64,000 nt of DNA from Squalus acanthias (taxonomy: Eukaryota). The stretch spans positions 60,638,001 through 60,702,000 of the forward strand of contig CM059432.1 of NCBI GenBank assembly GCA_030390025.1, written 5' to 3'. Below the pieces are notes generated by a model. That model ran no database searches. It was not told where the DNA came from and saw only the letters and a program-made list of their open reading frames with translations. The position numbers and the translations under genes are program-made. Shown here piece after piece: positions 1-13,004 of the stretch. Position 1 is the first letter of the stretch. The number at the start of each line of letters is the position of its first letter.

Positions 1-113
1 GATGTCAGCAGCCAGTGAATGTTCATCATGTGCATAATGGTATCTGTACCCATTATTCATAAATGTGAGAAGTCGCACAACACCAGGTTATAGTCCAACA
101 GCTTTATTTGAAA

Positions 114-150
114 TCACAAGCTTTCGGAGTGCTGCTCCTTCGTCAGGTGA
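114..150 (-). ncRNA. Minimal type I hammerhead ribozyme motif (Penelope pLTR)
   Basis: Minus strand reads UCAC-CUGACGA-A-GGAG(cagca)CUCC-GAAA-GCUU-GUGA, with palindromic AAGCUU as helix III. Confidence 0.85.
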
Positions 151-813
151 AGTGAAGAGATGCACATAGTCACAGCATATATAGTCAGAGAACACTGCCA
201 GATGATTACAGTTAATCTTTCCAACTACCCTTTATCACACCTCGGCAGAGAGATAATCACAGCAATCAAAGGTGTGGATGGTGTCCAAACAGGTCAGTCA
301 GGAAAACATTACATCAAAGACAATGTGGCAGATGCTGGGGTCTGTATGGAAAACAAAAAACTTTTTTTGCTGGAAATCACAGCAGGTCCGGCCGCATCTG
401 TGTAGAGAGAACAAGCCAACGCCGACTCGAGTCTGGATGACTCTACGTCAGGTGGGGTTACATGTAGCGTGACATAAACCCAAGATCCTGGTTGAGGCCG
501 TCCTCATGGGTGCGGAACTTGGCTATCAGTTTCTGCTCGACGATTTTGCGTTGTCGTGTGTCTCGAAGGCCACCTTGGAGAACGCTTACCCGAAGATCGG
601 AGGCTGAATGTCCTTGACTGCTGAATGTTCCCCGACTGAGAGGGAACACTCCTGCCTGGCGATTGTTGCGCGGTGTCCGTTCATACGTTGTCGCAGTGTC
701 TGCATGGTCTCGCCGATGTACCATGCTCCGGGGCATCCTTTCCTGCAATGTATGAGGTAGACAACGTTGGCCGAGTCACATGAGTATGTACCATGTACCT
801 GGTGGGTGGTGTC

Positions 814-2161
814 ATAGATACATAGATACATAGAAGATAGGAGCAGGAGTAGGCCATCCGGCCCTTCGAGCCTGCTCCGCCATTTAATGAGATCATGGCT
901 GATCCTCCAATTCAGTATCCCGTCCCCGCCTTCTCTCCGTAACCCTTAACCCCTTTTGCCTGTAGAAATATATCTAATTCCCTCTTAAATATATTTAATG
1001 AGCTGGCGTACACTGCCCTCTGTGGCAATGAGTTCCACAGGTTCACCACCCTCTGAGTGAAGAAATTCCCCCTCATTTCTGTCCTAAATGGTTTAGCCCT
1101 TATCCTTAAATTATGTCTTCTAGTTCTGTTCTCACCCGCCAAGGGAAACATTCCTTCTGCATCTAGTCTGTCTAGACCTGTCAGAATTTTATACACTTCT
1201 ATGAGGTCCCCTCTCAATCTTCTAAACTCCAGTGTGTACATCCCTAAACTACATAGTCTCTCCTCATAGGTCAATCCCGCCATTCCTGGTATCAGCCTGG
1301 TGAATCGCCGCTGCACCCCCTCCATGGCAAGAACATCTTTCCTCAGATGAGGCGACCAAAACTGTACACAGTACTCGAGGTGTGGTCTCACCAGTGCCCT
1401 GTACAGCTGCAGCAAGGTATCCCTGTTCCTGTTTTCCAACCCTTTTGCTATGAAGGCCAGCATACTGTTTGCCTTCTTGACCGCCTGTTGCACCTGCATG
1501 CTCGCCTTCAGTGACTGGTGTACAAGAACACCCAGGTCTCTCTGTACTTCCCCCTCTCCCAATTTATTGCCATTTAAATAATAATTTGCCCTCCCGTTCC
1601 TGCACCCAAGGTGGATAACTTCGCACTTGTCCACATTATAGTGCATCTGCCATTTATCCGCCCAATCACCCAGTCTGTCCAAATCGCTCTGGAGCTTCCT
1701 GGTCTCCTCCTCTGAGCCCACCCCCCCTCCTAGTTTAGTGTCGTCTGCAAATTTGGAAATGCTGCATCCGACTCCCTGATCCAGATCATTAATGTAAATT
1801 GTGAACAGCTGGGGACCCAGGACAGATCCCTGCGGTACCCCACTTGTTACTGCCTGCCATTCAGAAAATGAGCCGTTTATTCCAACTCTCTGTTTTCTAT
1901 CTGACAGCCAGTTCTCTATCCACGTCAATACTTTCCCCTTTATCCCATGCGCTTCAATTTTCCATGCTAATCTTTTATATGGGACCTTGTCGAAGGCCTT
2001 TTGGAAGTCCAGGTACACCACATCTACTGGCTCTCCCCCATCTATTTTACCAGTTACTCCCTCAAAAAATTCCAATAGATTAGTCAAGCACGATTTACCC
2101 TTTGTAAATCCATGTTGACTCTGTCCTATCCTGTCCCCATTTGCTAAGTGCTCCGCTATTT
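814..2161 (-). mobile_element. Young 5'-truncated CR1 LINE inserted in the Penelope ORF
   Basis: Uninterrupted 391-aa RT ORF 912-2087 (YLDFQKAFDKV, GVPQGSVLGP, KFADD) and (ctatgtat)n 3' tail. tgtc occurs at both junctions; the empty site is visible in the second Penelope copy near 31100. Confidence 0.95.
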
Positions 2162-2872
2162 TGTCCTCACGTGTGATGATGGTGTCTGTGTTTATGATCT
2201 GGCATGTCTTGCAGAGATTGCCGTGGCAGGGTTGTGCGGTGTCGTGGTCGCTGTTCTCCTGAAAGCTGTGTAATCTGCTGCGAACAATGGTCTGTTTGAG
2301 GTTAGGCAGCTGTTTGAAGGCGAGTACTGGGGGCGTGGGGGTGGCTTAGCGAGGTGTTCGTTGTCATCGATGACATGTTGAAGGCTGCGAAGAACATGGC
2401 GTAGTTTCTCCGCTCTGGGGAAGTACTGGACGATGTAGGAGCCCTGCGAATACACAGGATCTGCTCAGTCGAGGAGGAACGCGATGGACACCTACAGACG
2501 CTGAAAGACGCCCTCGTAAGAATGGGATATGACGCTCGACTCGTCGATCGACAGTTCCGACGGGCCACTGCGAAAAATCGCATAGACCTCCTCAGAAGAC
2601 AAACACGGGACACAACCAACAGAGTACCCTACCGGACCTGCTGTGATTTCCAGCAAAAAAAGTTTTTTGTTTTCCATACAGACCCCAGCATCTGCCACAT
2701 TGTCTTTGATGTAATATTTTCCTGACTGACCTGTTTGGACACCATCCACACCTTTGATTGCTGTGATTATCTCTCTGCCGAGGTGTGATAAAGGGCAGTT
2801 GGAAAGATTAACTGTAATCATCTGGCAGTGTTCTCTGACTATATATGCTGTGACTATGTGCATCTCTTCACT

Positions 2873-2909
2873 TCACCTGACAAAGGAGCAGCACTCCGAA
2901 AGCTTGTGA
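2873..2909 (+). ncRNA. Hammerhead motif in inverted pLTR, core mutated (CUGACAA)
   Basis: tcac-ctgacaa-aggagcagcactcc-gaaa-gctt-gtga; G8 to A relative to the 114-150 copy. Confidence 0.75.
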
Positions 2910-4880
2910 TTTCAAATAAAGCTGTTGGACTATAACCTGGTGTTGTGCGACTTCTCACATTTGTCCACCCCAGTCCAACACCGGCATCTCCACATCATTA
3001 TTCATAAGACATACCTAACTCATCTCTTTACTCTCCCACAGGTCCATCAAGAGCCCCCCCCGCTATCCAGGAGGAAGAGCAAGATGACTCCTCAGAGGAG
3101 CTTCCAACCTCTGAGGGTGCACCGTCACCAGACATAAGCACACCCAGCACCAGCGCAGATACTTACACCTCGGTGGGTGCCACGTGAGATAGAGTAGTGT
3201 TGTCACCTGATGTCTCACGACTCACAAGTGAGCAAGAGCAGATGGTGGAGACAGGGACAGCAGTGGAGAGGCCTTGCCGGAGGGTGCAGAACAATCCCAG
3301 CTCAGCTCAGCTGCATGCAGAGGCTGAGCCTCGGGACATCCAGAAAGAGGGCGTTCCTGCAGGTGCAGCAAGAAGTGCAGGAGGCTTTGACAGCTTTTGT
3401 GACCGCGATGTCTGCAAATGTCCAGAGAATGGAGAAGTCCATCTCCAACAGGCGATGGCGACTGTAGGCTCTTCCATGGATAGGATGGCCACCTGCATGG
3501 AGCAGCTAATGCACCACTCACAGAGCACATGGTCTCTATGGAGAATAGATGGCAGAGGTTCATAGACGTCCTCTGTAGGAGGGATATTAATGTAGAAATG
3601 GATCCTCATGGCCCCACTGCTCTGCAGCAAGGTGCTCGCCCCCTCCTTGCTAGCAGGGAAGTGCGGCTGGCCCATGAGAGGGATGATGGTGAGAGGGGAT
3701 TTGCAAGTGGGGGCTCCTCTCAATGCGCTCCCACTTTGCCCCCATTGCCCTCCCCTCGGTCAGAGCTGCAGATGCCTCCTCGGATCGCGATGGCCGAGTC
3801 TGCCCCTGCACAGCCGCAGGAGGAGCAGTCTTTGGCGGGGCCATCACAAGCTCCAAAAACCAGAGGACTTCTGCCAAAAGTGTCTGTGCAGTCGCAGCAG
3901 GGAAGTGAGCAGGCTGCCTCTACCTCTGCTGAAGCCACAGGGGTAGCACCTTGTAGAAGTACGCGTAAGTGAAAGATGAAACACAAGTAGATTCACAAGG
4001 GTAGCCAGTTGGATGTTTTATTAAATGTTTCTGTAAAGTTTCCGTTACTGTGATGTCACAGATAAAAATATTTATTTTCACCAATTTCACCATCATGGAC
4101 AGACTTGTGTGCACCTATGGAAATGGCTGAATGAGTTGGAGTGAATGATCAGAAATTACGTTACCTCCAGCAATGGTGGTCAGTGTGAAAGGAATGGCTT
4201 GGTCATTGTAGGGATGCTTTATGGTGTTGCTGTAGGTTGGTGCCAACCTGGCACAGCATGTGGCAGCCATATGGGTGTAATGTGTAAAGTTAAGCAAATC
4301 TGGCCATGATAAGCCTATCCCATGTCTCCTGGGCAGCAATGTGCTCAAGTGCTGGCGGGATCTGGATCGCAGGTTCCTCCTCCTCCACCTCATCTTCTCA
4401 TTGATGCTACTACTCCTCCTCCTCTGAAGAGCCTGTGCACTCAGAGCCTTGCTCCTCATGCAGCGCTAATCCTTGCTGCGGCACTATGTTGTGCTGGGCG
4501 CAGCAGACCACGACGATTCTGGAGACCCTGCTGGTGCGTACTGAAGGGCTCCTCCAGATCTGTCAAGGCATCTGAAGCGCATTTTCAGCATGCCTATTGT
4601 CTGCTCTATGACACATCTTGTGGAAATATGGCTTTCATTTTATATCTCTCCTGAGCCTCAGTACTTCTCAAGGATGTCATGAGCCATGTCTTCAGTGAAT
4701 AGCCCTTGTCTCCAAGCAGCCAGCCGGAAAGTCTGTTCAGAGGAATGAGGAGCTGAGGGAGGGTGGACAGTCGCAGGACCAAAGAATCATGACAGCTGCC
4801 AGGGAAATTTGCGCACACATGCATGATGATCTTACTATAGTTGCAGACGAGTTGCACATTGAGGGAGTGGAAACCCTTGC

Positions 4881-7800
4881 ATAGGATTACATACATAGGA
4901 TATATGGCACAGAAACAGGCCATTCAGCCCAACCAGTCCATGCCGCGTTTATGCTCCACTTGAGCCTCCTCCCGTCTTTCTTCATCTAAATCTATCAGCG
5001 TAACCGTCTATTCCCTTCTCCCTCATATGTTTGTCCAGCCTCCCCTTAAATGCATCTGTACTATTCGCTTCAACCACTCCCTGTGGTAGCGAGTTCCACA
5101 TTCTCACCACTCTTTGGGTAAAGAAGTTTCTTCTGAATTCCCTGTTTGATTTCTTGGTGATTATCTTATATTGATGGCCTCTAGTTATGCTCTTCCCCAC
5201 AAGCCAAAACATTCTCTCTGTATCCACTCTATCAAAACCTTTGATAATTTTAAAGACCTCTATTAGGTCACCCCTCTGCCTTTTTTCAAGAGAAAAGAGA
5301 CCCAGCTTGTTCATCCTTTACTGATATGTATACCCTCGCATTTCTGGTATCATCCTTGTAAATCTTCTCTGCACACTCTCCAGTGCCTCTATATCCTTTT
5401 TATAATATGGCAACCAGAACTGCACGCAGTAGTCCAAGTGTGGTCTAACCAAGGTTCGATACATGTTTAGCATAACTTCCCTACTTTTCAATTCTATACC
5501 TCTAGAAATAAACCCTACTGCTTGTTTTTTTTTTATGGCCTTGCTAACCTGTGGCGCAACCTTTAGTGATTTGTGTATTTGTACTCTGAGATCCCTTTGT
5601 TCCTCTACCCCACCTAGACTCGCACCCTCCAGGAAATAAGTGACTTCCCTATTCTTCCTACCTAAATGTAATACCTCACATTTATCTGTGTTGAACTTCA
5701 TTTGCCAATTATTTGCCTATTCTGCAAGTTTATTAATATCCTCCTGTAATTTGTTGCAGTCCTCCTCAGTATTGACTATCCCCCCCAATTTGGTATCATC
5801 CGCAAATTTAAAAATTTTGTTTTTGATTCCCAAGTCTAAATCATTAATGTAAATTGTGAAAAGCAGTGGTCACAGCACTGATCCTTGTGGAACACCACTA
5901 CCCACCTTCTGCCACTGTGAATAGCTACTCTTTACTTCTACTCTCTGCTTTCTGTCTTGAAGCCAGCTAGCAATCATTCTGCTACTTGTCCCCTGACTCC
6001 GCATTCTCTGACCTTATTCATTAGTCTATTATAGGGTAACTTATCGAAGGCCTTTTGAAAATCTAAATAAATTACATCTACTGCATTACCATTGTCTACT
6101 CTCTCTGTTACCTCTTCAAAAAATTCAATGAGGTTGGTCAAGCAAGACTTTCCCTTTTGAAATCCATGCTGACTATTCATTATTATACTTTTCATTTCTA
6201 GATGTTCTTCTATTCTCTCTTTTAGTAAGGATTCCATTATTTTTCCTACCACCGATGTTAAGCTGACTGGTCTATAATTCCCTGGACATGTTCTATCCCC
6301 CTTCTAAAATATAGATATTACGTTAGCTATCCACCAGTCCTCTGGCACCATACCTTTTTCTAACGAATTATTAAATATGTGTAGTAATGCCTCTGCTATC
6401 TCTTCCCTTGATTCTTTTAAAATGCGTGGATGCCATCCTTCCGGACCAGGGGTTTTATCCTCTGAGTTTTTAGTTGATTTAATATATCCCCTTTTTTATT
6501 TTAAATGCACTTATCTCATTACTCATCTCATCATCCAATGTCATGCCCACCTGTTCTATCTCTCTGTTAAATACCGAAGTGAAATAATGATTTAATATTT
6601 CTGTCATCTCCCTTTCGTTACCTGTGGTATTATCCTGTCTATCCCTTAATGGCCCTATTCCCATCTCAACCTTCCTTTTTTATTGATGTGCCTGTAAAAT
6701 ATTTTGCTATTTTATTTTATGTTCCTTGATAATTTAATTTTATATTTCCTCTGTGCCTTCCTAATTGTTTTTTTGACTTCTCTCCTAATCCCTTTGTATT
6801 CTGTCTTATCATGCACTCCTCTGCTGTCTATGTACTTAATGTATGCCTCTTTCCTTACCCTCAGTTTTTCCCTTATGTCTTTATTCATCCATGTAGTCTC
6901 ATTAGTGTTTAGTTTGTTCTTTCCTTTTAGCGGAATATATTTTTCATGCACTCTGTTGAACTCCGTTTTAAATGTTTCCCATTGTCGTTCTACATCGTTG
7001 TTTGCCAATATTGTTGCCCATTTTATCTTCCCAAGTTCCATTCTCAGCCCTTCAAAATCAGCTTTTCTCCAATCTATTATCTTTCTCTATTATCATCTTA
7101 AAGCGTATTATTATTATGGTCACTATTGCCTAGATGTTCCCCTACTTTTACTTCTATCATCTGCTCTGGCTCATTCCTCATAACTAGATCCACTAGCGAA
7201 TCCTCCCTTGTTGGGCTTTTTACATATTAGGTTTGAAAAGAGTCCTGTAGACATTGTAGGAACTCCATTCCCTTATCCCCTTTACCTACCTCATCTGTCC
7301 AGTTAATATCGGGGTAGTTGAAATCCCCCATCATTATTATTCTATGTTTTTTACTCATTTCTCTAATTTGTCTGTATATTTCTTACTCTACCTCCCTTTC
7401 ACTATTAAGTGGTCTATAGACTACACCTATTAGTGTGATTGATCCTTTATTATCTTTTATCTCTATCCATATGGATTCTATTTTTGTCTTGCTGATATCT
7501 ATGTCCCTTTTTCTACTGCCATTATGTTATCCCTAATAAGTACAGCTACTCCGCATCCCCTTTTTCCCTCTCTATCTTTTCTAAATATGTTATGCCCTGC
7601 AATGTTTAATTCCCAGTCCTGATTTTTCTGTAGCCATGTCTCAGTAATCCCTACTATGTCTGGTTCCTCCTAATCCATGGTTGCCTCCAGCTCCCCTGTT
7701 TTATTACGGACACTGTGTGCAGACAGTTTAACTCATTTTTAATAGAAATTCCGTTCGCAGCCCTCCCGCGGGCGGAGGGCTGCGATTTGGAAAAATCTGC

Positions 7801-9914
7801 GCCTGGACCGGAGGGCTCCCGGGAGGCGCAGAATTCCGTTGCTGTGCCTCTTCAAACTGCCGGTGTGCAGGGCATGCGTATCCCAGGGGTGCAGGTAGTT
7901 CGCAGCATCCCTGGGATCACATGGACCATGGGGAGCCAATCAGAGCAGGGAATCTCCATTCATAGATTTGACAGGAAGACCTGTCAAATCTATGAATAGA
8001 GATCAGCCCCAAAACATAAGTAAAACTTCAAATAATTTTTTTTTTTTTAAAAATCACATTTTTAAAATGACTATAAATTACATAAATTAACTATTTTAAA
8101 CAAAAATTTTAATTTTTGAAAAAAATAATTAAAGTTTTTGACGGGGCTAAAAATAAACTTACCTTTCTTTAAAGTATTTTAAAATGATAAATCAGTGGAA
8201 AAATTTTTTTTTTTTACTTTCTTAAACTATTAGCCTGCTAAAAGCAGGCCTTGTGCCTGCTTTTCTAGGCGCAGCTGTTCCCGACTTACCTGGACTGAAG
8301 CAACTGTGAAAAAAACAGAAGTTTCTGACGTACGCGCTGCCTATCCGGCGCAGGCGTTTGTCCAGTCAAACCTTTCTGCAGAGAACGGAAGTTCTGGTTT
8401 CCAGCGCATGCGCAGTGCATGCGTAAAACCGGCACTTCCGTTGGCCCTACGGATGAGTACACACCCGTAGGGAACGGAATTTCTGGGCCTTTATGTTTAA
8501 CCATCTTTTTAGTCTCCAGTTCTATAACTCTATTTGCTCCTTTGCCGTCAATGTCCTCCCTTACTTTATTCTTTACTATGCTCACTTTTCCTGTTTTGTT
8601 TATATTTAGGCTGCTAACGTTTCTTGTAGATCCCTCCCCCCTTCTTACTAGTTTAAAGCCTTTGCCACCTCCCTATTTACCCTTTCCGCTAGGACATGGG
8701 TCCCATCCCGGTTCAGGTGGAGTCCGTCCCATCGGTACAGCTCCTTCCTGTCCCAGAACTGGTGCCAGTGTCCCATGAAAAGGAACCCCTCTTTCCCACA
8801 CCAGCCTTTTAGTCACGTGTTAATTCTCCTGATCTGTCTGCTTCTATGTCAATTTGCACGTGGCTCAGGCAATAATCCAAAGATTATTACCCTTGAGGTC
8901 CTGCTTTTTAATTTAGAGCCTAACTGCTGAAACTCTTTCAGCAGGACCTCCTCCCTGTTCCTACCTATGTCGTTTGTTCCAATATGGACCATGACAACTG
9001 AATTTACCCCCTCCCTTTCCAAGTTCCTCTCCAGCTGCCATGAGATATCCCTTACGCTAGCACCGGGTAGGCAACACACACTTCGGGATTCTCGTTCTTG
9101 ACTGCAGAGGACGCTATCTATCCCCCTAATTATAGAGTCCCCTATTACTACCACATTTCTATTCTGCTCTTCTCTTCCCCCCCCCTCGGTCAGCCTTCTG
9201 AGCCATGGTGCCTTGGTCTGCATTGTGGCTGTCCTCCCTGCAGTTTTTCTCTTTGTCCTCATAGGTAGCGAGTACTTCATACCTGGGACAGGGCCAGTGT
9301 CTGCGGGACCTCCTTCTCACCCTCTCCTAAAGCCCCGCTACCCGTCTCCCTAACAGTCACTCCCTCCCATTCCTGAACCTGTGCTTTCCTCTGGGGTGTG
9401 ACTGTATTCTGGATAAAACTGCCCAGAAATTCCTCCCCCTTCCTTATGTGTCGGAGTGTCTCCAGCTCAATGACTCTGAACCGGAGAGATTCGAGATGGA
9501 GACATCTGCTGCAGACGTGTTCGTTCGGGACAGTCTCGCTGTCCACAAACTCCCACATACTGCAGTCCAGACACACAACCTGCCCTGCCATACCTTAGAC
9601 TAGCCTTATTTTATTTATTTAATTAGTTAAAGTCTTTATTCAACGATTATTTATAGTTATATTAAATAGTTTAACTAGTTAAGCTATAAATTTAATACAG
9701 TATGTTATAGTTTCCCACTCCTAGTTTAAACCACTGTCCTAGGTTAGAGAGAAAAAAAATAATACTCACCAACCAATCACCTACCTGCTGTCCTGTGACG
9801 TCACTCTTCGTTTTTTTTTGGAAATCGTCGACGGTTCGGCCGCCGCTGGTGTCTCCAATCAGGTCAGCACTGTTTCCCCCGCTGTTTTATGCTCCGCAGT
9901 TGCTGTTGTCTCCA
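4881..9914 (-). mobile_element. Near full-length degraded CR1 LINE (ORF1 zinc-finger plus SGNH esterase, ORF2 APE-RT)
   Basis: ORF1 CLDCSMW...CSRC (9277-9591) and VVVIGDSIIRG...HIGTND (8849-9280). RT fragments 4982-7041 and an (atcctatg)-like tail at 4881. Confidence 0.92.
7740..8489. mobile_element. MITE (Harbinger-like TIRs) inserted in CR1
   Basis: Inverted termini agaaattccgttc and gaacggaatttct, GC-rich ends and AT-rich middle. Internal similarity to the element at 27344-27990. Confidence 0.7.
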
Positions 9915-10991
9915 ATTGACAAAGGCTCCTGAGTGATGATGGATTGCCCTGATGGTCACATGTGTGCAGTCGATGACGCCCTGCACCCGTGGGAAGCCAG
10001 CCAGAGTGGCAAAGCCGAGCGTCCGCTCAGTAACACTGGCTTCATCATTGGCAAAGTTTGATATAATTGGCTGATTTGTCAAAGAGGGCATTGGTGACCT
10101 GTGTGATGCATCTGTGGGCGGCCAACTGCGAGATGCCGCAAATGTCTACTGCAGATCCTTGGAAGGAGCCTGAGGCAAAGAAGATAAGGGCACTGGTGAC
10201 TTTGAAAGCCACTGGTTAAGGCGTGTCAACCTGCTCCTCTGGGCTGCAGGTCTTCCTCCAGCAATGTGCAAATGTCTGCGACGACCTAGCTCAATAGTCT
10301 GAGCCTCCTTTGGCACTGCTGCTCAGTCATGTTGATTAAGCTCATCCTCTGCCTGTATCCCCTGTATTGGGGGTATCGCCTCCAGCACGGTGCAGCCCTG
10401 CCTGTCCTGTGCAGCATCAGATGGTTGAGGAGATGGTTGGTGGTGTTGTTGTTGGTGCTGCTGGTGCTGGGGCTCATTGTGGTTCAATTCTGAGGACCAA
10501 GATGAGACAGTATAAACGGCACCCATGCTGATGGAATAGATGGCAGGTCAAGTAGAGATGACAGAAGCAATCTGTCAATGGTTCTACCAATGAGGTGACA
10601 CTGGATGCCGACATTACTGGAAACACTTGCAACCTCTAGAAAGCTAAATCTGTGCTGACAATGCAGTCAGCAACAACATCTGCTTTATGAAAGTGATCAG
10701 CTGTGAGGTTGGAGGTTTTTATTGTACTTTTCATGCTGTGCACTAATGAGGTGGATCAATGGCCACTCAACTTCCGTCTCAGGCTCACAGACACGGCTGC
10801 GTGATTCCCGTGCTCATCCAGGGAAATTTGAAAAGTAGGGTGAAAAAGGCACTTAACGGTCTGACAAGTAACACATAATGATACAAATTAGCTTGTCCGC
10901 CTCTGCCGTTCGGGTTGCTGCCACGATATTTCAAATTTCCTATCCGACCTGCCTCTAATCGCGCCCGCATGGACCCCAGAAAATTCCGGCC

Positions 10992-11812
10992 AAAGTGTCT
11001 GCAAAGGGTTATCGACAGGTTAAGTGAGTGGGCAAGAAGGTGACATATGGAGTATAATGTGGCGAAATGTGAGGTTATTCACTTTGGGAAGAAGAATAGA
11101 AAAACAGAATAATTTTTAAATGGTGAGAAACTATTAAATGTTGGTGTTCAGAGGGATTTGGGTGCCCTCACACAGGAAACACAGGAAGTTAGCACGCAGG
11201 TACAGCAAGCAATTAGGAAGGCAAATGGCCTTTATTGCAAGGGAGTTGGAGTACAAGTGTAAGGAAATCTTGCTGTAATTTTACAGGGCATTGGTGAGAC
11301 CATGCCTGGAGTACTGTGTACCGTTTTGGTCTCCGTACTTTAACGAAGGATATACTTGCCTTAGAAGGGGTGCATTGAAGGTTCACTAGATTGATTCCTG
11401 GGCTGAGAGGGTTGTCCTATGAGGAGATTGAGTAAATTGGGCCTGTGCTCTCTGGAGTTTAGAAGAATGAGAGGTAGTCTCATTGAAACATACAAGATTC
11501 TGAGAGGGCTTGACCGGGTAGATGCTGAGAAGTTGTTTCCCAGGGCTGGAGAGTCTAAAACTAGGGGACACAGTCTCAGGATAAGGGGTAGGCTATTTAA
11601 GACTGAGGTGAGGAAACATGTCTTCACTGAGGTTTGTGAAACTTTGGAATTCTCTACCCCAGTGGGCTGTTGAAGCTCAGTCGTTGATCGAGGCTGAGAT
11701 CGATAGATTTTTGGACTCTAAGGGAATCGGGGGATGTGGGGATCAGGTGGGAAAGTGGAGGTGAGGTAAAAGATCATATGGCCTACTCCTGCTCCTATTT
11801 CTTATGTTCTTA
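10992..11812 (+). mobile_element. CR1 LINE 3' portion
   Basis: Degenerate RT C-terminus (LEFRRMRGSLIETYKIL) and cttatgttctta tail. Confidence 0.9.
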
Positions 11813-12187
11813 CATCCAGTAGTCCCATCCCCATTCTGTGTAAAAGCATTGAATTCCTTTTCTGGAGTAAACTTGAGTATTTATATAATAATAGCCTTGT
11901 AAACAATATCCATCATGGATTTAGAAGTGGAAGATCACGCTTTGCCAAACTCCTCAACTTCTTTAAGGAAGTAACATCTCAAGTGGACTGTGGAAAGCCT
12001 TATGAAATAATGTAAAAGGCATTAATCACTACTATTTCGTATTTACATAAATGACCTACTGTAACCCTTTATCCTATTACATAGAAAAAACTATAATAAC
12101 TGCTGTTGAAAAATTTGCTGTACGTAAAAATTTCAACATGTTACCAGTTCATACTTCAAGATAACGGTTTGATAATTCTGTTTGTAA

Positions 12188-12486
12188 TCAAGCCAGTTTA
12201 TGCATTCTTGGGGCCCTGGGCTCCAAGAACATTCGGGGCCGTCCACACTCGCTGCACAACCCCAACCCTCCTCATCCATTAAAATACAGGTGTGTAGTAA
12301 AATGCAGGAAGAAATGGGTCCGTACAATGTTTGCCCACTGCATTAATAATAAAGCTTACGCTTAAATGAAACTAATCCAGCTGTTGTATGCAGTTTTTTC
12401 AGTGCTATGGGGAGTTTTCTGCAGACCACATATTTGACTGGGGCCCTGGGTAAGAGCCCAGTAGCGCATGCGTTAATCCGCCCCTG
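12188..12486. mobile_element. Degenerate MITE (hAT-like end caggggcggattaa)
   Basis: ggggccctggg motifs near both ends and terminal ttaatccgcccctg. Confidence 0.4.
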
Positions 12487-13004
12487 CTTACAATGAATGT
12501 GGCTGTAACTGTATACCGTTAGAAAGCAAACCTATATAAAATATAGAATTTGTATTTAAAATGCACAGTGGATATGAGGAGCTGGTTTTGTATTATAATG
12601 TAGTCATGGTTTTAATAGTATTTTAATAGAATTAATGCAAATGGTTAAGATACCTCATTCAGTAGCTTAGTGGTGCAGCACATTAACTCCAACAGTGCTT
12701 TGTTCATGGAAGGGAAATTCAGAATGTATGTCACCTGACTACTGTTGTACAACTAAGGTGGTGATTGGTTACAGGGTGGCATTGGAAGAAGGTTGTCTTT
12801 GCGCCCTTTCAGCTGGTGATCCATTCTTAGGCCAGTCAAAAAAGGAAAGGAGAAAATTTGTGTGTTATAAATTTTTAAATCAATCTTTGAAGAAGGCTAA
12901 ACTTGATGTATTACAAAAACTACCACTGCTGGAATCAGAATTCCTCTGCAATGTGTGTACAGTGTTTAAAAACCTTTATATCTGATGCTGTAATATAGAG
13001 TAGC

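Larger units (their letters stand above)
63..2995 (-). mobile_element. Penelope-like retroelement, 5'-truncated, with inverted pseudo-LTR; interrupted by CR1
   Basis: GIY-YIG motifs NVVYLIHC...WYIGET...LRQRMNGHR...EQKLIAKF...GLN (ORFs 458-748 and 586-831). ~330-bp inverted repeat 63-390 versus 2632-2962. TSD cattattcataa at 51-62 and 2996-3007. Confidence 0.92.
3008..10991. mobile_element. Decayed PIF/Harbinger DNA transposon (probable Myb/SANT gene 3' part on +, HARBI1-like DDE nuclease on -), split by a 5-kb CR1
   Basis: Nuclease fragments [14 protein letters not shown] (9864-10091) and [12 protein letters not shown]...FPGSCHDS...WLLGDKGY (4606-4923) are contiguous across the CR1. Right TIR gaaaattccggcc ends at 10991. 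The left end is probably upstream of the window. Confidence 0.85.

Noticed and set aside
160..405. 81-aa ORF repeated at 2492-2863 (-)
   Set aside because: Antisense reading of the duplicated Penelope pLTR; not a gene.
10323..10526. Q/H-rich ORF
   Set aside because: N-terminus of the decayed Harbinger nuclease, not a host gene.
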